64,000 nucleotides of DNA from Gammaproteobacteria bacterium (GCA_965116795.1 OZ220716.1:970503-1034502); one strand, 5' to 3'. Positions 24,848 to 39,196 are shown, numbered from the stretch's first letter. Numbers and translations are program-made. Notes: generated by a model from the letters alone, not told the origin.

Positions 24848-25378
24848 GTGGCATTAAGGCTAGAAGATAAGAAAGCAATTGTTGCTGAAGTTGCAGACGT
24901 TGCTGCCAAAGCATTATCAGCTGTGGCGGCAGACTACCGTGGTATTAGTGTTAGCGACATGACAAAGCTGCGCGCAACGGCACGCACTAATGGTGTGTAT
25001 TTGCGGGTGGTACGTAATACGTTAGCGCGGCGTGCTGTAACAGGAACGGATTTCGAGTGCATGCAAGATGGGTTAGTTGGCCCATTGGTGTTGGCATTTT
25101 CTATTGATGATCCGGGTGCATCTGCCCGCTTATTGAAAGATTTTGCTAAAGAGTGCAATGCATTAGAAGTTAAGATGTTGTCAGTGAGTGGTAAAGTGTT
25201 ACCAGCAACTGACATCGATGTGTTAGCTAAATTACCGACATATGAGCAGGCAATTAGTCAGTTAATGTCAGTGATGCAAGCACCGATCAGCAAGTTTGTT
25301 CGTATCTTAGCAGCACCACATACTAAGTTGGTGCGCACGGTAGCTGCAATTCGCGATCAAAAGCAAACAAGTAATTAA
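24848..25378 (+). CDS. rplJ: 50S ribosomal protein L10
   Basis: GTG start after GGAGGT; [15 protein letters not shown]. Confidence 0.98.
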   Translation: MALRLEDKKAIVAEVADVAAKALSAVAADYRGISVSDMTKLRATARTNGVYLRVVRNTLARRAVTGTDFECMQDGLVGPLVLAFSIDDPGASARLLKDFAKECNALEVKMLSVSGKVLPATDIDVLAKLPTYEQAISQLMSVMQAPISKFVRILAAPHTKLVRTVAAIRDQKQTSN

Positions 25379-25411
25379 GTTAAATCAATTTAAACGTTAG
25401 GAGTCAATACA

Positions 25412-25786
25412 ATGGCCGTTTCCAAAGATGATATTTTAGAAAGCATTGCAAATATGAGTGTAATGGACGTGGTGGAGTTAATTGAAGCCATGGAAGAAAA
25501 ATTCGGTGTAACTGCTGCTGCACCGGTTGCTGTTGCTGCCGCACCTGCGGGTGGTGACGCTGCTGCTGAAGAGCAAACCGAGTTTACCGTTGTTCTGAAA
25601 AGTTTCGGTAGCAACAAAGTAGCGGTAATTAAAGCCGTACGCGGTATTACTGGGCTTGGTTTGAAAGAAGCGAAAGACTTAGTTGAAAGTGCACCATCAC
25701 CGTTGAAAGAAGGTGTATCAAAAGACGAATCTGATGAGCTAAAAAAGCAGCTTGAAGAAGCTGGTGCAGAAGTTGAGGTTAAATAA
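25412..25786 (+). CDS. rplL: 50S ribosomal protein L7/L12
   Basis: EEKFGV, Ala-rich hinge, [12 protein letters not shown]. Confidence 0.99.
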   Translation: MAVSKDDILESIANMSVMDVVELIEAMEEKFGVTAAAPVAVAAAPAGGDAAAEEQTEFTVVLKSFGSNKVAVIKAVRGITGLGLKEAKDLVESAPSPLKEGVSKDESDELKKQLEEAGAEVEVK

Positions 25787-25826
25787 CCTTGACGATTGTT
25801 AGTTAATCGCATCGTGTTTATTGAAT

Positions 25827-25860
25827 AAATCCCAATAGCGTTAGCTGTTGGGATTTGTTG
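25827..25860 (+). terminator. rplL-rpoB attenuator-like hairpin
   Basis: AAATCCCAATAGC-loop-GCTGTTGGGATTT. Confidence 0.6.
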
Positions 25861-25904
25861 CTGTGAATTTTATTGATTGAAGTAAGAAACATCGAGGTAC
25901 ACTG

Positions 25905-28900
25905 ATGGAATACTCCTACACTGAGAAAAAACGCATCCGCAAAGACTTTGGTAAGCAACCGTTTGCATTGCGGATGGATGCACCTTATTTATTGAATATT
26001 CAATTAAATTCTTACCATCAATTTTTGTATTCTAAATCTACTGATATCGGTTTGGATGCAGCGTTTAAAAGTGTATTTCCGATTGCTAGTTATTCAGGCA
26101 CAGCTGAATTACATTACGTTCAGTATTCACTTGGTGAAGTGGCTTTTGATGTGCGTGAATGTCGTTTGCGTGGTCTAACCTATGCAGCACCGCTGCGAGT
26201 AAAAGTACGTTTAGTCATTTACGATAAAGAATCATCAGACAAATCTATTAAAGATGTTAAAGAACAAGAAGTGTATATGGGTGAGATGCCATTGATGACT
26301 GAAAATGGCACATTTGTAATTAATGGAACTGAACGGGTTGTTGTGTCACAGTTACATCGTTCACCTGGTGTATTCTTCGATCACGATCGCGGCAAAACGC
26401 ATTCGTCAGGTAAATTACTCTATTCTGCACGGGTGATCCCTTACCGTGGTTCTTGGCTAGATTTTGAATTTGATCCAAAAGATTGTGTGTTTGTGCGTAT
26501 TGATCGTCGTCGTAAATTACCGGCAACAATTTTACTACGTTCATTGGGGTATAGCACGGAAGAAATATTAGCAATGTTTTTTGATACGACGACCTATCGT
26601 TTCAAGAAAGATACGATCATGATGGATTTAATTCCTGACAGGATCCGTGGCGAGATTGCCCAATTTAACGTGTTGGATAACAAAGGTGAGGTTATTGTTG
26701 AAGAAGGGCGTCGGATCACCGCGCGTCACGTGCGTGAATTAGAAAAACGCAAAGTAAAAGCATTACAAGTGCCATTAGACTATTTGGTTGGCAAAGTGTT
26801 GGCAGGAGCAATCATCGATGATGAAACTGGTGAAGTGGTTGCTGAAGCCAATAGTGAAATGACTGAAGAATTATATCAAGCATTAGTTAAAGCCGGTGCT
26901 ACTGAAATTCATACGATTTATACCAATGAGTTAGATAAAGGTTCGTATATTTCCGATACCTTACGTATTGATCCAACCAGTAGTCAATTAGAAGCCCTTG
27001 TTGAAATTTATCGGATGATGCGTCCTGGTGAGCCGCCGACTAAAGATGCAGCAGAAGGGTTATTTAACAATTTATTCTTTTCCGCAGATCGTTACGATTT
27101 ATCTGCAGTCGGTCGGATGAAGTTTAATCGTCGTTTAGGCCGTGATGAATTAATTGGTTCGGGTGTGTTGGGCAACGATGATGTTGTTGATGTGTTACGT
27201 GTGTTGATCAACATTCGTGATGGATTAGGCGAAGTTGATGATATCGATCACTTAGGTAACCGTCGTGTTCGCAGTGTTGGTGAAATGACAGAAAATCAAT
27301 TTCGTGTTGGTTTGATTCGGGTTGAACGTGCAGTTAAAGAGCGTTTAAGTTTAGCTGAGTCTGAAAACTTAATGCCGCAAGATTTAATTAATGCAAAACC
27401 AGTATCAGCAGCGATTAAAGAGTTTTTTGGCTCTAGCCAATTGTCACAATTTATGGATCAAAACAATCCATTGTCTGAGGTTACCCATAAACGTCGGATT
27501 TCTGCATTAGGTCCTGGTGGATTAACCCGCGAACGTGCTGGCTTTGAAGTACGTGACGTACATACCACACATTATGGTCGAGTATGCCCGATTGAAACAC
27601 CTGAAGGACCAAACATTGGTTTGATTAATTCATTAGCTGTGTATGCGCGCACCAACGAGTTTGGTTTTTTAGAAAGTCCTTATCGTAAAGTTGTTAAAAA
27701 CAAAGTAACCGATGACATTGTGTTTTTGTCGGCAATTGAAGAAGGCGAATACGTGATTGCTCAGGCGAATGCAACGTTGGATGACAAACTTAATTTGGTT
27801 GATGACTTAGTCGCATGTCGTTATCGCAATGAATTTAGTTTAACCATTGCAGATAAAGTGCAATTCATGGATGTGTCACCAAAACAGATTGTGTCGGTAG
27901 CGGCGTCATTGATCCCATTCTTAGAGCACGACGATGCTAACCGTGCATTAATGGGATCAAACATGCAACGTCAAGCGGTACCTACCTTACGTGCAGAAAA
28001 ACCATTAGTTGGAACCGGAATGGAATTAACCGTTGCCAGAGATTCAGGGGTAACTGCGGTAGCGCGTCGTGGTGGTGTAGTTGATTTAGTCGATGCAGCA
28101 CGGATTGTAGTGCGTGTAAATGACAGTGAAACGGTACCCGGCGAAGCAGGTGTTGATATTTATAACTTGATTAAATATACCCGTTCTAATCAAAACACCT
28201 GTGTTAACCAACGTCCGTTAGTGAATGTAGGTGATGTGATTGCCAAAGGCGATGTGTTAGCTGACGGTCCATCGACTGATTTAGGTGAGTTAGCCTTAGG
28301 GCAAAACTTACTGGTCGCATTTATGCCGTGGAATGGTTACAACTTTGAAGATTCAATTCTGATTTCAGAACGCTTAGTTGAAGAAGATCGCTTTACTACC
28401 ATTCACATCGAAGAATTATCTTGTATTGCGCGTGATACCAAATTGGGATCAGAAGAAGTTACGTCTGATATTCCAAATGTAGGTGAAAGTGCATTGGGTA
28501 AATTGGATAATTCAGGGATTGTGTATGTTGGTGCTGAAGTTAATGCAGGTGATATTTTAGTTGGGAAGGTGACACCAAAAGGAGAAACCCAATTAACCCC
28601 AGAAGAAAAATTATTGCGTGCTATTTTCGGCGAGAAAGCATCTGATGTGAAAGATACCTCATTGCGTGTGCCAACTGGCATGTCAGGCACCGTGCTAGAT
28701 GTGCAAGTGTTTACGCGTGATGGTGTGGAAAAAGATGCGCGCGCATTAGAAATTGAAGAAATGGAAGTTGAAAAGGCGCGTAAAGACTTTGGCGATGAAT
28801 TGCGTATTTGTGAAGATGATGTGTATGCCAGGGTCAGTCGTTTGTTACTGAATAAAGTGGCTAATGGTGGTCCGGAAGGTTTGAAAAAAGGTGATAAGAT

Positions 28901-29972
28901 CACGCAAACGTATTTAGATAGTATTACCCGTGAAAAATGGTTTGATATTCGTTTAGGTGATGACAAAGCAAACCAACAATTAGAGCAAGCAGGCAAACAA
29001 TTAGCGCAATTTAAACAAGAGTTTGATGAAAAGTTTGCAGCAAAACGTAAGAAGCTAACCCAAGGCGATGATTTGGCACCGGGTGTGTTAAAAATCGCAA
29101 AAGTATATTTAGCGGTGAAACGCCGCATCCAACCAGGGGATAAAATGGCAGGACGTCACGGTAATAAAGGGGTGATCTCTACCATTGTGCCTGTTGAAGA
29201 TATGCCATATCTCGAAGATGGTACACCGGTTGATATCGTGCTCAATCCATTAGGGGTGCCGTCACGGATGAACGTCGGGCAAGTATTAGAAACCCATTTA
29301 GGATGGGCAGCTAAAGGGCTTGGACACAAAATCGCGAACATGTTGGAACAGCAAGAGTCAGTGGCAAACTTGCGTAGTTTCTTAGGGAAGATTTATCACA
29401 GTCATGGCTGTAAAAAAGCGGATTTAGATACGTTAAGCGATGCAGAAATCATTGCGTTATGTCGCAATTTGCGTCAAGGCGTACCAATGGCAACACCGGT
29501 ATTTGATGGTGCCAGTGAAGCGGAAATTAAATCCATGCTTGAATTGGCAGACTTACCTCAAAATGGACAGACACAATTATATGATGGCCGTACTGGTAAT
29601 CCGTTTGAACGACCAACAACGGTTGGTTATATGTACATGCTGAAATTAAATCACTTGATCGATGACAAAATGCACGCACGTTCTACCGGTTCATATAGCC
29701 TTGTGACTCAACAACCGCTAGGTGGTAAAGCACAATTTGGTGGTCAACGTTTCGGTGAAATGGAGGTATGGGCATTAGAAGCATACGGTGCTTCGTATAC
29801 CTTGCAAGAAATGTTAACGGTTAAATCCGATGATGTTAGCGGACGTACCAAGATGTATAAAAATATTGTTGACAGTGATCACCGTATGGATCCGGGTATG
29901 CCGGAATCATTTAACGTGTTGGTGAAAGAGATCCGTTCGCTGGGGATCGATATTGAGTTAGACGGCGAATAA
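25905..29972 (+). CDS. rpoB: RNA polymerase beta subunit
   Basis: [39 protein letters not shown]. Confidence 0.99.
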   Translation: MEYSYTEKKRIRKDFGKQPFALRMDAPYLLNIQLNSYHQFLYSKSTDIGLDAAFKSVFPIASYSGTAELHYVQYSLGEVAFDVRECRLRGLTYAAPLRVKVRLVIYDKESSDKSIKDVKEQEVYMGEMPLMTENGTFVINGTERVVVSQLHRSPGVFFDHDRGKTHSSGKLLYSARVIPYRGSWLDFEFDPKDCVFVRIDRRRKLPATILLRSLGYSTEEILAMFFDTTTYRFKKDTIMMDLIPDRIRGEIAQFNVLDNKGEVIVEEGRRITARHVRELEKRKVKALQVPLDYLVGKVLAGAIIDDETGEVVAEANSEMTEELYQALVKAGATEIHTIYTNELDKGSYISDTLRIDPTSSQLEALVEIYRMMRPGEPPTKDAAEGLFNNLFFSADRYDLSAVGRMKFNRRLGRDELIGSGVLGNDDVVDVLRVLINIRDGLGEVDDIDHLGNRRVRSVGEMTENQFRVGLIRVERAVKERLSLAESENLMPQDLINAKPVSAAIKEFFGSSQLSQFMDQNNPLSEVTHKRRISALGPGGLTRERAGFEVRDVHTTHYGRVCPIETPEGPNIGLINSLAVYARTNEFGFLESPYRKVVKNKVTDDIVFLSAIEEGEYVIAQANATLDDKLNLVDDLVACRYRNEFSLTIADKVQFMDVSPKQIVSVAASLIPFLEHDDANRALMGSNMQRQAVPTLRAEKPLVGTGMELTVARDSGVTAVARRGGVVDLVDAARIVVRVNDSETVPGEAGVDIYNLIKYTRSNQNTCVNQRPLVNVGDVIAKGDVLADGPSTDLGELALGQNLLVAFMPWNGYNFEDSILISERLVEEDRFTTIHIEELSCIARDTKLGSEEVTSDIPNVGESALGKLDNSGIVYVGAEVNAGDILVGKVTPKGETQLTPEEKLLRAIFGEKASDVKDTSLRVPTGMSGTVLDVQVFTRDGVEKDARALEIEEMEVEKARKDFGDELRICEDDVYARVSRLLLNKVANGGPEGLKKGDKITQTYLDSITREKWFDIRLGDDKANQQLEQAGKQLAQFKQEFDEKFAAKRKKLTQGDDLAPGVLKIAKVYLAVKRRIQPGDKMAGRHGNKGVISTIVPVEDMPYLEDGTPVDIVLNPLGVPSRMNVGQVLETHLGWAAKGLGHKIANMLEQQESVANLRSFLGKIYHSHGCKKADLDTLSDAEIIALCRNLRQGVPMATPVFDGASEAEIKSMLELADLPQNGQTQLYDGRTGNPFERPTTVGYMYMLKLNHLIDDKMHARSTGSYSLVTQQPLGGKAQFGGQRFGEMEVWALEAYGASYTLQEMLTVKSDDVSGRTKMYKNIVDSDHRMDPGMPESFNVLVKEIRSLGIDIELDGE

Positions 29973-30022
29973 ATTTATTCATGTGTAAAGTGTTTAACAG
30001 TAACTAAACTGGGAGAAAAACC

Positions 30023-33000
30023 TTGAAAGATTTGCTCAACATGATGCATAAACAAAAGCAGGTTGATGAATTCGACGTGATCCGCATTAGCTTAGCGTCA
30101 CCAGAGATGATCCGGTCATGGTCATTTGGTGAAGTTAAAAAGCCAGAAACGATCAATTACCGTACCTTTAAACCTGAACGTGATGGATTATTCTGCTCAA
30201 AAACGTTTGGACCGATTAAAGATTACGAATGTCTATGTGGTAAATACAAACGCATGAAGCACCGTGGTGTGGTGTGTGAGAAGTGCGGTGTTGAAGTAAC
30301 GTTAGCCAAAGTGCGTCGTGAACGGATGGGACACATTGAATTAGCCAGCCCAGTTGCACATATCTGGTTCTTAAAATCATTACCATCGCGGATTGGATTG
30401 TTACTCGACATGACATTGCGTGATATTGAACGTATTTTATATTTTGAAGCCTATGTCGTCGTTGACCCAGGGATGACACCGCTTGAAAAAGGGCAATTGT
30501 TGTCGGATGAAGGTTATTACAATGCGATGGAAGAATATGGCGAAGAATTCCATGCATTGATGGGTGCTGAAGCTATCCAAAAATTATTAGCTGAACTCGA
30601 CTTGGAAGAAGAGTTGCAGCAGTTGTACAACGACATGAACAACACCAAGTCAGAAACCAAACTGAAGAAATTGGCGAAACGGGTTAAATTGATTGAATCA
30701 TTTGTTCAGTCAGGTAATAAGCCAACGTGGATGATCATGACCGTGTTGCCAGTGTTGCCGCCAGACTTGCGTCCATTGGTGCCATTAGATGGTGGTCGTT
30801 TTGCGACATCCGATCTAAATGATTTATACCGCCGAGTGATCAATCGTAATAATCGTTTGAAACGCTTACTTGATTTAAATGCACCGGATATCATCGTGCG
30901 TAATGAAAAACGGATGTTACAAGAAGCGGTGGATGCATTATTGGATAATGGTCGTCGTGGTCGTGCGATCACTGGTTCTAACAAACGCCCATTAAAATCG
31001 CTAGCTGACATGATTAAAGGAAAACAAGGGCGTTTTCGGCAAAACTTATTGGGTAAACGGGTTGATTATTCCGGGCGTTCAGTGATTGTGGTTGGACCTA
31101 CATTGCGTTTACATCAATGTGGATTGCCAAAAAAAATGGCACTTGAATTGTTTAAACCATTTATTTTTTCTAAGTTAGAATTGCGTGGTTTAGCAACGAC
31201 AATTAAGGCAGCTAAGAAATTAGTTGAAAATGAAGGGCCTGAAGTGTGGGATATCTTAGAAGAAGTTATCCGTGAACACCCAGTGTTACTAAACCGTGCA
31301 CCGACCTTGCACCGTTTGGGGATCCAGGCATTTGAGCCAGTATTAATTGAAGGTAAAGCCATTCAATTGCATCCATTAGTGTGTAGTGCGTATAACGCTG
31401 ACTTTGATGGTGACCAAATGGCAGTACACGTTCCATTGACGGTTGAAGCGCAGTTAGAGGCACGTGCGTTAATGATGTCAACCAATAATATATTGTCACC
31501 TGCTAACGGTGAACCGATTATTGTGCCATCACAAGACGTAGTATTAGGCATTTATCACATGACGCGTGAATGTGTGAATGCGCGTGGTGAAGGTATGATA
31601 TTTTCGACATTACAAGAAGTACATCGTGCTTATGAAACCGGCGTGGTTGCCTTGCAAGCCAAAGTCAAAGTGCGCTTAACCGCTGAGCAAATTGGTTTTG
31701 CGATTAGTAAACTAGGTGATGATGACGAGGATGAGAGTGGTTCTAGTGATAGTGCACCACAACTTGCACCGGGCACAACAGCGTTGGTTGATACCACAGT
31801 GGGTCGTGCATTATTGCGTGAAGTATTACCACAAGAATTACCGTATCACTTAATCAACGATACCTTAAATAAAAAGGTAATTTCACAACTAATCAATGAG
31901 TGTTATCGTCGGGTCGGGTTAAAGGCAACGGTTATTTTTGCTGATAAATTGATGTATACCGGTTTTTCATTTGCCACACGTTCTGGGATTTCAATTGGCG
32001 TAGATGATTTGATCATCCCAGAAGAGAAAACTAATATCATTAGCAAATCAGAAACAGAAGTTAAAGAAATTGAAGCGCAATACTTATCAGGATTACTGAC
32101 CTTTGGTGAACGTTACAATAAAGTAGTTGACGTATGGGCGCGTACCAATACGCAAGTAGCAAAAGCGATGATGGAGAAGATTGCGACTGAACCAGTGAAG
32201 GATCGTGATGGGCAAGTAGTCGAGCAAGCATCGTTTAATTCAATTTACATGATGGCTGACTCTGGTGCCCGTGGCTCCGCCGATCAGATTCGCCAATTAG
32301 CAGGGATGCGTGGTTTGATGACCAAACCAGATGGTTCGATTATTGAAACACCGATTACTGCTAATTTCCGTGAAGGGTTAGATGTATCGCAATACTTTAT
32401 TTCAACCCACGGTGCGCGTAAAGGTTTGGCTGATACGGCGTTGAAAACGGCTAACTCTGGTTATTTAACTCGACGTTTAGTTGACGTGTCACAAGATGTG
32501 GTGATCACAGAGCATGATTGTGGTGCTACACAAGGATTAGTGATTACGCCACACATTGAAGGTGGTGATGTTGTTGAACCATTACGTGAACGTGTATTGG
32601 GACGTATTTTAGCTGCTGATGTTATTGCACCAGACTCAGATGAAGTCGTTGCACCGGCTGGTACATTGTTAGATGAACAGTGGGTGAATCTATTGGAACG
32701 TAAGAGTGTTGACTCAGTCAAAGTGCGTTCGCCGATTAATTGTTCAATCCGTCATGGGATTTGTGCGTTATGTTACGGGCGCGATTTGGCACGTGGGCAT
32801 CAAGTGAATGTGGGTGAAGCCGTTGGGGTGATTGCTGCACAATCCATTGGTGAACCAGGTACTCAGCTAACCATGCGTACCTTCCACATTGGGGGAGCAG
32901 CGTCACGTACCAGTGCTGAAAACAGTGTGCAGGTTAAATCAAGTGGTAAGATCAAATTAAATAATGTGAAGTCGCTGAAGAATTCCGACGGTAACTTAGT

Positions 33001-34324
33001 AGTGATTTCACGTTCGGGTGAATTAACCATGTTGGATATGCGTGGCCGAGAACGTGAACGTTATAAATTACCTTACGGTGCGGTGTTAACTGTAGCAGAT
33101 AATTCAAAAGTAAATGCATCTGAAGTAGTTGCGACTTGGGATCCACATACTCATCCAATTATTAGTGAGGTGGCTGGTAAAGTGAAGTTTGTTGACATGG
33201 TTGAAGGAGTTAGTATGAACCGTCAAGTCGATGATGTTACCGGTTTATCTAATATTGTGATTACGGATACTAAACAACGCAGTAGTGCCAAAGATGTACG
33301 TCCAATGATTAAATTGGTCGACAGCAAAGGTAAGGATGTCTTTTTACCAGGTACTAATATGCCAGCGCATTATTTCTTACAAGCCAATTCAATTGTCAGC
33401 TTAGAAGATAATGACAAAATTGCAGTTGGTGATGTGATTGCACGTATTCCACAAGAAGGATTAAAAACACGTGATATTACTGGTGGTTTGCCGCGGGTAG
33501 CGGATTTATTCGAAGCACGCCGCCCGAAAGAATCGTCTATTTTGGCGGAAATTTCTGGTATGGTGAGTTTTGGTAAAGAAACCAAAGGTAAACGGCGTTT
33601 AGTTATTAATGGTGATGATGGTGAGACATTTGAAGAATTAATTCCAAAATGGCGCCATGTGTCTGTGTTTGAAGGTGAGCATGTCGAGAAAGGTGATGTG
33701 GTTGCTGATGGTGCGCCGAATCCGCATGATATTTTACGCTTGTTAGGTGTTAGTGCATTAGCTAGCTACATTATTAATGAAATTCAAGATGTGTACCGCC
33801 TACAAGGGGTGAAGATCAATGATAAACACATCGAAGTGATCGTGCGTCAAATGTTGCGTAAGTGTCAAATTACCAATTCAGGTGAAACCAACTTACTGCA
33901 AGGTGAACAAGCGGATATGTTCCATGTGCAAGAAATCAATCGCCAAGCGCAAGCGCAAAACAAACAGCCTGCACAATTTGAACGTGTGTTATTAGGCATC
34001 ACAAAAGCATCGCTGGCAACCGAATCATTTATGTCAGCAGCTTCGTTCCAAGATACAACACGGGTACTAACCGAAGCAGCAGTTTGTGGCAAAACAGATG
34101 AGTTACGCGGCTTGAAAGAAAATATTATTGTTGGACGTTTGATTCCAGCAGGGACTGGGTGGGCGTACCACAATCAACGCCGTCGTAAAGCTGCTGCCAG
34201 TGAAGATGTGCTTGAGGATGGCGCAACAACGGGTCCGACGGCTAGTGAAGTCGAACAGGCATTGAGTGAAGCGTTGAGCTCCTCAGGGTCGTCTGAAGAA
34301 GAACGTCAAGGCGATCATAGCTAA
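30023..34324 (+). CDS. rpoC: RNA polymerase beta' subunit
   Basis: NADFDGD active site, zinc-finger cysteines; TTG start. Confidence 0.99.
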   Translation: MKDLLNMMHKQKQVDEFDVIRISLASPEMIRSWSFGEVKKPETINYRTFKPERDGLFCSKTFGPIKDYECLCGKYKRMKHRGVVCEKCGVEVTLAKVRRERMGHIELASPVAHIWFLKSLPSRIGLLLDMTLRDIERILYFEAYVVVDPGMTPLEKGQLLSDEGYYNAMEEYGEEFHALMGAEAIQKLLAELDLEEELQQLYNDMNNTKSETKLKKLAKRVKLIESFVQSGNKPTWMIMTVLPVLPPDLRPLVPLDGGRFATSDLNDLYRRVINRNNRLKRLLDLNAPDIIVRNEKRMLQEAVDALLDNGRRGRAITGSNKRPLKSLADMIKGKQGRFRQNLLGKRVDYSGRSVIVVGPTLRLHQCGLPKKMALELFKPFIFSKLELRGLATTIKAAKKLVENEGPEVWDILEEVIREHPVLLNRAPTLHRLGIQAFEPVLIEGKAIQLHPLVCSAYNADFDGDQMAVHVPLTVEAQLEARALMMSTNNILSPANGEPIIVPSQDVVLGIYHMTRECVNARGEGMIFSTLQEVHRAYETGVVALQAKVKVRLTAEQIGFAISKLGDDDEDESGSSDSAPQLAPGTTALVDTTVGRALLREVLPQELPYHLINDTLNKKVISQLINECYRRVGLKATVIFADKLMYTGFSFATRSGISIGVDDLIIPEEKTNIISKSETEVKEIEAQYLSGLLTFGERYNKVVDVWARTNTQVAKAMMEKIATEPVKDRDGQVVEQASFNSIYMMADSGARGSADQIRQLAGMRGLMTKPDGSIIETPITANFREGLDVSQYFISTHGARKGLADTALKTANSGYLTRRLVDVSQDVVITEHDCGATQGLVITPHIEGGDVVEPLRERVLGRILAADVIAPDSDEVVAPAGTLLDEQWVNLLERKSVDSVKVRSPINCSIRHGICALCYGRDLARGHQVNVGEAVGVIAAQSIGEPGTQLTMRTFHIGGAASRTSAENSVQVKSSGKIKLNNVKSLKNSDGNLVVISRSGELTMLDMRGRERERYKLPYGAVLTVADNSKVNASEVVATWDPHTHPIISEVAGKVKFVDMVEGVSMNRQVDDVTGLSNIVITDTKQRSSAKDVRPMIKLVDSKGKDVFLPGTNMPAHYFLQANSIVSLEDNDKIAVGDVIARIPQEGLKTRDITGGLPRVADLFEARRPKESSILAEISGMVSFGKETKGKRRLVINGDDGETFEELIPKWRHVSVFEGEHVEKGDVVADGAPNPHDILRLLGVSALASYIINEIQDVYRLQGVKINDKHIEVIVRQMLRKCQITNSGETNLLQGEQADMFHVQEINRQAQAQNKQPAQFERVLLGITKASLATESFMSAASFQDTTRVLTEAAVCGKTDELRGLKENIIVGRLIPAGTGWAYHNQRRRKAAASEDVLEDGATTGPTASEVEQALSEALSSSGSSEEERQGDHS

Positions 34325-34367
34325 AGGCAGTATATCAGTCGGTCTTGCAAGGCATTGGCACACTTGC

Positions 34368-34405
34368 TTGACATTGATTAGTAGGCTATTTAGAATCGCG
34401 CCTCC
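34368..34405 (+). promoter_or_regulatory. str operon promoter
   Basis: TTGACA-17 bp-TAGAAT with GC-rich discriminator CGCGCCTCC. Confidence 0.85.
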
Positions 34406-34461
34406 TGTGGTTTTGGCTGCAGTGCGGTTTATTTACTTTTTAATAGGGGCAACAATAGGTT

Positions 34462-34836
34462 ATGCCAACGATTAATCAGCTGGTTCGCAAAGGGCGCAAG
34501 GCCGTCAATAAGGTGACCAATGTGCCGGCGTTGAACCAATGCCCACAAAAACGTGGGGTATGTACTCGGGTGTATACGACAACCCCGAAAAAGCCAAATT
34601 CAGCGTTGCGTAAAGTAGCGCGGGTGCGCTTAACCAATGCGATGGAAGTAACCACTTACATCGGTGGGGAAGGGCATAACTTGCAAGAGCACTCTGTGGT
34701 GTTGATCCGTGGGGGGCGTGTAAAAGATTTACCAGGTGTGCGTTATCACACTGTGCGCGGTAGCTTGGATACCTCCGGCGTTGCCGACAGACGGCGTGGA
34801 CGTTCTAAGTACGGAACGAAAAAGCCGAAAGAATAA
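34462..34836 (+). CDS. rpsL: 30S ribosomal protein S12
   Basis: [20 protein letters not shown]. Confidence 0.99.
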   Translation: MPTINQLVRKGRKAVNKVTNVPALNQCPQKRGVCTRVYTTTPKKPNSALRKVARVRLTNAMEVTTYIGGEGHNLQEHSVVLIRGGRVKDLPGVRYHTVRGSLDTSGVADRRRGRSKYGTKKPKE

Positions 34837-34885
34837 ACAAAATTACTCGCTACATAACAGTACGAGTGTTAGGAAGAGATGACAT

Positions 34886-35419
34886 ATGCCAAGAAGAAAG
34901 CAAGCACCAAAACGTCAGATCTTGCCAGATCCGTTATTTGGCAGTGATTTATTGGCTAAGTTTATTAACCACATTATGAATGATGGCAAAAAGTCAGTTG
35001 CTGAAAAGATTATTTATGACAGCATTGACATCATTGCTGAAAAAACAGGTGGAGCAGCGGCGGCTAAAGCGGATAATGATGATGGCAGTAGTGGTGCCAC
35101 TGGTATTCAGCAACGTGCCATTGAAGTCATTAAGCAAGCCATTTCCAATGTGCAACCGCAAGCAGAAGTCAAATCACGTCGTGTTGGTGGCTCAACGTAT
35201 CAAGTACCAATGGAAGTGCGTGCTGAGCGCAGTTTAACCTTAGCAATGCGTTGGTTAGTCGAAGCAGCAAAAAAACGCAGCAGTGAAAAAACCATGGCAA
35301 GTCGCTTAGCAGCTGAATTGTTAGATGCGTCAGACAATCGTGGCACTGCAATTAAAAAACGTGAAGATATGCACCGGATGGCTGAGGCTAACCGTGCATT
35401 TGCCCATTACCGTTGGTAA
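34886..35419 (+). CDS. rpsG: 30S ribosomal protein S7 with an internal low-complexity insertion
   Basis: [24 protein letters not shown]. Confidence 0.99.
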   Translation: MPRRKQAPKRQILPDPLFGSDLLAKFINHIMNDGKKSVAEKIIYDSIDIIAEKTGGAAAAKADNDDGSSGATGIQQRAIEVIKQAISNVQPQAEVKSRRVGGSTYQVPMEVRAERSLTLAMRWLVEAAKKRSSEKTMASRLAAELLDASDNRGTAIKKREDMHRMAEANRAFAHYRW

Positions 35420-35444
35420 AGATAATTAATAAGGAAGTCTCATT

Positions 35445-37550
35445 GTGAGTACAGCTAGAACAACCCCCATCGATCGTTACCGTAATATCGGGATCATGGC
35501 ACATATTGATGCTGGTAAAACCACGACTACAGAACGTGTGTTGTACTACACCGGTGTGTCACACAAGATTGGTGAAGTGCATGATGGTGCGGCGGTCATG
35601 GATTGGATGGAGCAAGAACAAGAGCGCGGGATCACGATTACCTCAGCAGCGACTCGCTGTTATTGGTCGGGGATGGAAGGCCAGTTTGAACAACATCGGG
35701 TCAATATTATTGATACCCCTGGACACGTTGACTTTACCATTGAAGTGGAACGCTCATTACGCGTATTAGATAGTGCAGTTGCCGTGTTATGTGCTGTCGG
35801 TGGTGTTGAACCACAAACTGAAACTGTATGGCGTCAAGCGAATAAGTATACAGTGCCACGCATGGTATTTGTGAATAAAATGGATCGTGCTGGTGCAGAC
35901 TTTTTCCGAGTGGTCAACCAAGTTAAAGAACGCTTAGCTGCGGTACCGGTACCGATGCAAATGCCCATCGGTGCAGAAGATAACTTTGAAGGTGTAATTG
36001 ATTTAGTATGCATGAAAGCGATTTATTGGGATGATTCATCCAAAGGGATGAAGTTTGAATTACGTGACATCCCAGAGAACTTACAAGCGCAAGCGAATGA
36101 ATGGCATGAAAAATTAGTTGAGATTGCTGCAGAAGCAAATGAAGCGCTAATGGATAAATACCTTGAAAATGGTGATTTAGACATTGATGAAATTAAACAA
36201 GCCATTCGTCAACGGATGATTGCCAATGAAATTATCCCAATGTTGTGTGGTTCTGCCTTTAAAAATAAAGGGGTGCAAACCTTATTAGATGCAGTTATAG
36301 AATACTGCCCATCTCCAGTCGATGTGCCACCGATTGAAGGCATCTTAGATGATGCTAACGAAACCAAAGCGGTGCGTAAATCTGATGATAATGAACCGTT
36401 TGCTGCATTGGCATTTAAGATTGCAACTGACCCATTTGTAGGGACGCTAACCTATTTCCGAGTGTATTCCGGTGTATTGCGTTCAGGCGACACATTATAT
36501 AACCCAGTGAAAAGCAAGCGTGAGCGCATTGGACGTATTTTACAAATGCATTCAAATTCACGTGAAGAAATTAAAGAAGTACGCGCAGGTGATATTGCAG
36601 CTGCGATTGGTTTGAAACAAACAACTACCGGTGATACCTTATGTAGTCTAAACAATGTAATCACCTTAGAGCGCATGGAATTCCCAGAGCCGGTTATCTT
36701 TGTTGCGGTTGAACCTAAAACCAAAGCTGATCAAGAAAAAATGGGGATTGCACTAGGTAAGTTAGCCGCTGAAGATCCGTCATTTCAAGTGAGTACCGAT
36801 GAAGAATCTGGGCAGACCATTATTGCCGGTATGGGTGAATTACATTTAGAAATCATTGTTGACCGGATGAAGCGTGAATTTAGTGTGGAAGCCAATGTTG
36901 GTAAGCCGCAAGTTGCTTATCGTGAAACCATTCGTGCTACGGTCGAGCAAGAAGGAAAGTTTGTTCGTCAAAGTGGTGGGCGTGGTCAATATGGTCACGT
37001 ATGGTTGCGTCTAGAACCACGTGAATCGGGTGAAGGTTACGAGTTTGAAAATAAAATCGTTGGTGGTGTGGTGCCGCGTGAATACATTTCATCGGTTGAT
37101 AAAGGTGTGCGCGAGCAAATGGAAAACGGGGTAATTGCTGGTTACCCAGTTGTTGATGTCAAAGTCACCTTATATGATGGGTCTTACCACGATGTTGATT
37201 CGAGTGAGATGGCATTTAAAATTGCTGGTTCGATGGGTTTTAAAGAAGGTGCGCGTAAAGCAACCCCAGTGTTATTAGAACCGATTATGCAAGTGGAAGT
37301 AGTCAGCCCTGAAGAATACATGGGTGATGTGATGGGTGATTTAAATCGCCGCCGCGGGATTTTACAAGGTATGGAAGACATTCCAGCGGGTAAATCGATT
37401 CGTGCAGAAGTGCCATTAGCAGAAATGTTTGGTTATGCCACCGATTTGCGTTCACTAACTCAAGGGCGTGCAACGTATACCATGGAGTTTAGTCGCTACA
37501 ATGAAGCCCCGGCTAATGTAGCAAAAGATATTATTGATAGTCGTAAGTAG
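35445..37550 (+). CDS. fusA: Elongation factor G
   Basis: [24 protein letters not shown]. Confidence 0.99.
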   Translation: MSTARTTPIDRYRNIGIMAHIDAGKTTTTERVLYYTGVSHKIGEVHDGAAVMDWMEQEQERGITITSAATRCYWSGMEGQFEQHRVNIIDTPGHVDFTIEVERSLRVLDSAVAVLCAVGGVEPQTETVWRQANKYTVPRMVFVNKMDRAGADFFRVVNQVKERLAAVPVPMQMPIGAEDNFEGVIDLVCMKAIYWDDSSKGMKFELRDIPENLQAQANEWHEKLVEIAAEANEALMDKYLENGDLDIDEIKQAIRQRMIANEIIPMLCGSAFKNKGVQTLLDAVIEYCPSPVDVPPIEGILDDANETKAVRKSDDNEPFAALAFKIATDPFVGTLTYFRVYSGVLRSGDTLYNPVKSKRERIGRILQMHSNSREEIKEVRAGDIAAAIGLKQTTTGDTLCSLNNVITLERMEFPEPVIFVAVEPKTKADQEKMGIALGKLAAEDPSFQVSTDEESGQTIIAGMGELHLEIIVDRMKREFSVEANVGKPQVAYRETIRATVEQEGKFVRQSGGRGQYGHVWLRLEPRESGEGYEFENKIVGGVVPREYISSVDKGVREQMENGVIAGYPVVDVKVTLYDGSYHDVDSSEMAFKIAGSMGFKEGARKATPVLLEPIMQVEVVSPEEYMGDVMGDLNRRRGILQGMEDIPAGKSIRAEVPLAEMFGYATDLRSLTQGRATYTMEFSRYNEAPANVAKDIIDSRK

Positions 37551-37582
37551 CTAACGGTTCGAGAATATAAGAGGAGAGTGTC

Positions 37583-38773
37583 ATGCCAGAAGCATTTAAG
37601 CGAGACAAGCCGCATGTAAATGTAGGAACGATCGGTCACGTTGATCACGGTAAGACGACGTTAACGGCGGCGATCACGAAGGTGATGTCGGAGCAGTCTG
37701 GAGAAGGTGAAGCGAAGGCATTTGACCAAATTGATAATGCGCCGGAAGAAAAGGCACGAGGTATCACGATTGCGACGTCGCACGTTGAATACAATTCAGA
37801 GGCGCGTCACTATGCCCACGTAGACTGCCCAGGACACGCGGATTATGTGAAGAACATGATTACCGGTGCAGCGCAGATGGATGGCGCGATATTGGTGGTA
37901 TCAGCGGCGGATGGTCCGATGCCGCAGACCCGGGAACATATTTTATTAGCGCGCCAGGTGGGTGTGCCGTACATTGTGGTGTTCATGAATAAAGTGGACA
38001 TGGTAGATGATGAAGAATTATTAGAATTGGTTGAAATGGAAATTCGCGACTTGTTATCGAGTTATGAGTTTCCAGGAGATGATACGCCGATTGTTAAAGG
38101 CTCAGCGCTGAAGGCATTGGAAGGTGATACGAGTGCGATTGGTAAAGAAGCGATTATTCAGTTAGTGAAGACGATGGATGAGTATATCCAAGAGCCGGAG
38201 CGTCCGGTAGACCAGCCATTTTTGTTACCGATAGAAGATGTGTTTTCGATAGCCGGACGCGGGACGGTGGTGACGGGCCGTGTAGAGCGCGGGATAGTCA
38301 AGGTTGGTGAAGAAGTTGAGATAGTTGGGATACGAGATACGCAGAAGACGACGTGTACGGGTGTTGAGATGTTCCGTAAGTTATTAGATGAAGGGCGTGC
38401 TGGCGATAACGTAGGTGTGTTATTGCGCGGATTGAAGCGCGAAGAAGTAGAGCGCGGTCAAGTGTTAGCGAAGCCGGGTTCGATTACGCCGCATACGAAG
38501 TTTGAAGCGGAAGTATATGTGTTATCGAAGGAAGAGGGAGGGCGTCATACGCCGTTTTTCAAGGGGTATCGCCCGCAGTTTTATTTCCGTACGACGGATG
38601 TGACCGGGGAAGTGATATTACCCGAGGGCGTTGAGATGGTGATGCCAGGGGATAACATCAAGATGAATGTAACATTGATCGCGCCGATTGCGATGGAAGA
38701 TGGGGTACGGTTTGCTATCCGCGAGGGTGGTCGTACGGTGGGGGCCGGTGTCGTCTCCAAAATTGTTGAATAA
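37583..38773 (+). CDS. tuf: Elongation factor Tu, str-operon copy
   Basis: Protein identical to 21073-22263. Confidence 0.99.
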   Translation: MPEAFKRDKPHVNVGTIGHVDHGKTTLTAAITKVMSEQSGEGEAKAFDQIDNAPEEKARGITIATSHVEYNSEARHYAHVDCPGHADYVKNMITGAAQMDGAILVVSAADGPMPQTREHILLARQVGVPYIVVFMNKVDMVDDEELLELVEMEIRDLLSSYEFPGDDTPIVKGSALKALEGDTSAIGKEAIIQLVKTMDEYIQEPERPVDQPFLLPIEDVFSIAGRGTVVTGRVERGIVKVGEEVEIVGIRDTQKTTCTGVEMFRKLLDEGRAGDNVGVLLRGLKREEVERGQVLAKPGSITPHTKFEAEVYVLSKEEGGRHTPFFKGYRPQFYFRTTDVTGEVILPEGVEMVMPGDNIKMNVTLIAPIAMEDGVRFAIREGGRTVGAGVVSKIVE

Positions 38774-38795
38774 GTTGAGACGGTGAGATAAGACG

Positions 38796-39149
38796 ATGAA
38801 TACAGCAGCTAAAAAACAAGTTATTGCTAAACGTCAACGGATCCGTATCCAGTTGCATGCATTTGATCATCGTCTGATTGATTTGGCGACCCATGAGATT
38901 GTGGAAACGGCTAAGCGTACCGGCGCACAAGTGCGTGGTCCGATCCCGTTACCAACCAAAATTGAAAAATACACGATATTGATTTCGCCACATGTGAATA
39001 AAGATGCGCGTGATCAATATGAAATCCGTCAGTACAAACGTTTGGTGGATATTATCGATCCGACTGATAAGACAGTGGATGCATTGATGCGTTTGGATTT
39101 GGCCGCTGGTGTGGATGTGCGGATTAGTTTAGATAGTTTAGAACAATAG
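38796..39149 (+). CDS. rpsJ: 30S ribosomal protein S10
   Basis: [20 protein letters not shown]. Confidence 0.98.
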   Translation: MNTAAKKQVIAKRQRIRIQLHAFDHRLIDLATHEIVETAKRTGAQVRGPIPLPTKIEKYTILISPHVNKDARDQYEIRQYKRLVDIIDPTDKTVDALMRLDLAAGVDVRISLDSLEQ

Positions 39150-39196
39150 AGTATTAAGTAGCATGGCGTTGGCCATGTCAATTGGAGAAAAAGATA

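Noticed and set aside
27430-34740. Rifampicin (rpoB) or streptomycin (rpsL) resistance alleles
   Set aside because: Cluster I ([18 protein letters not shown]) and S12 K42/K87 match the sensitive consensus
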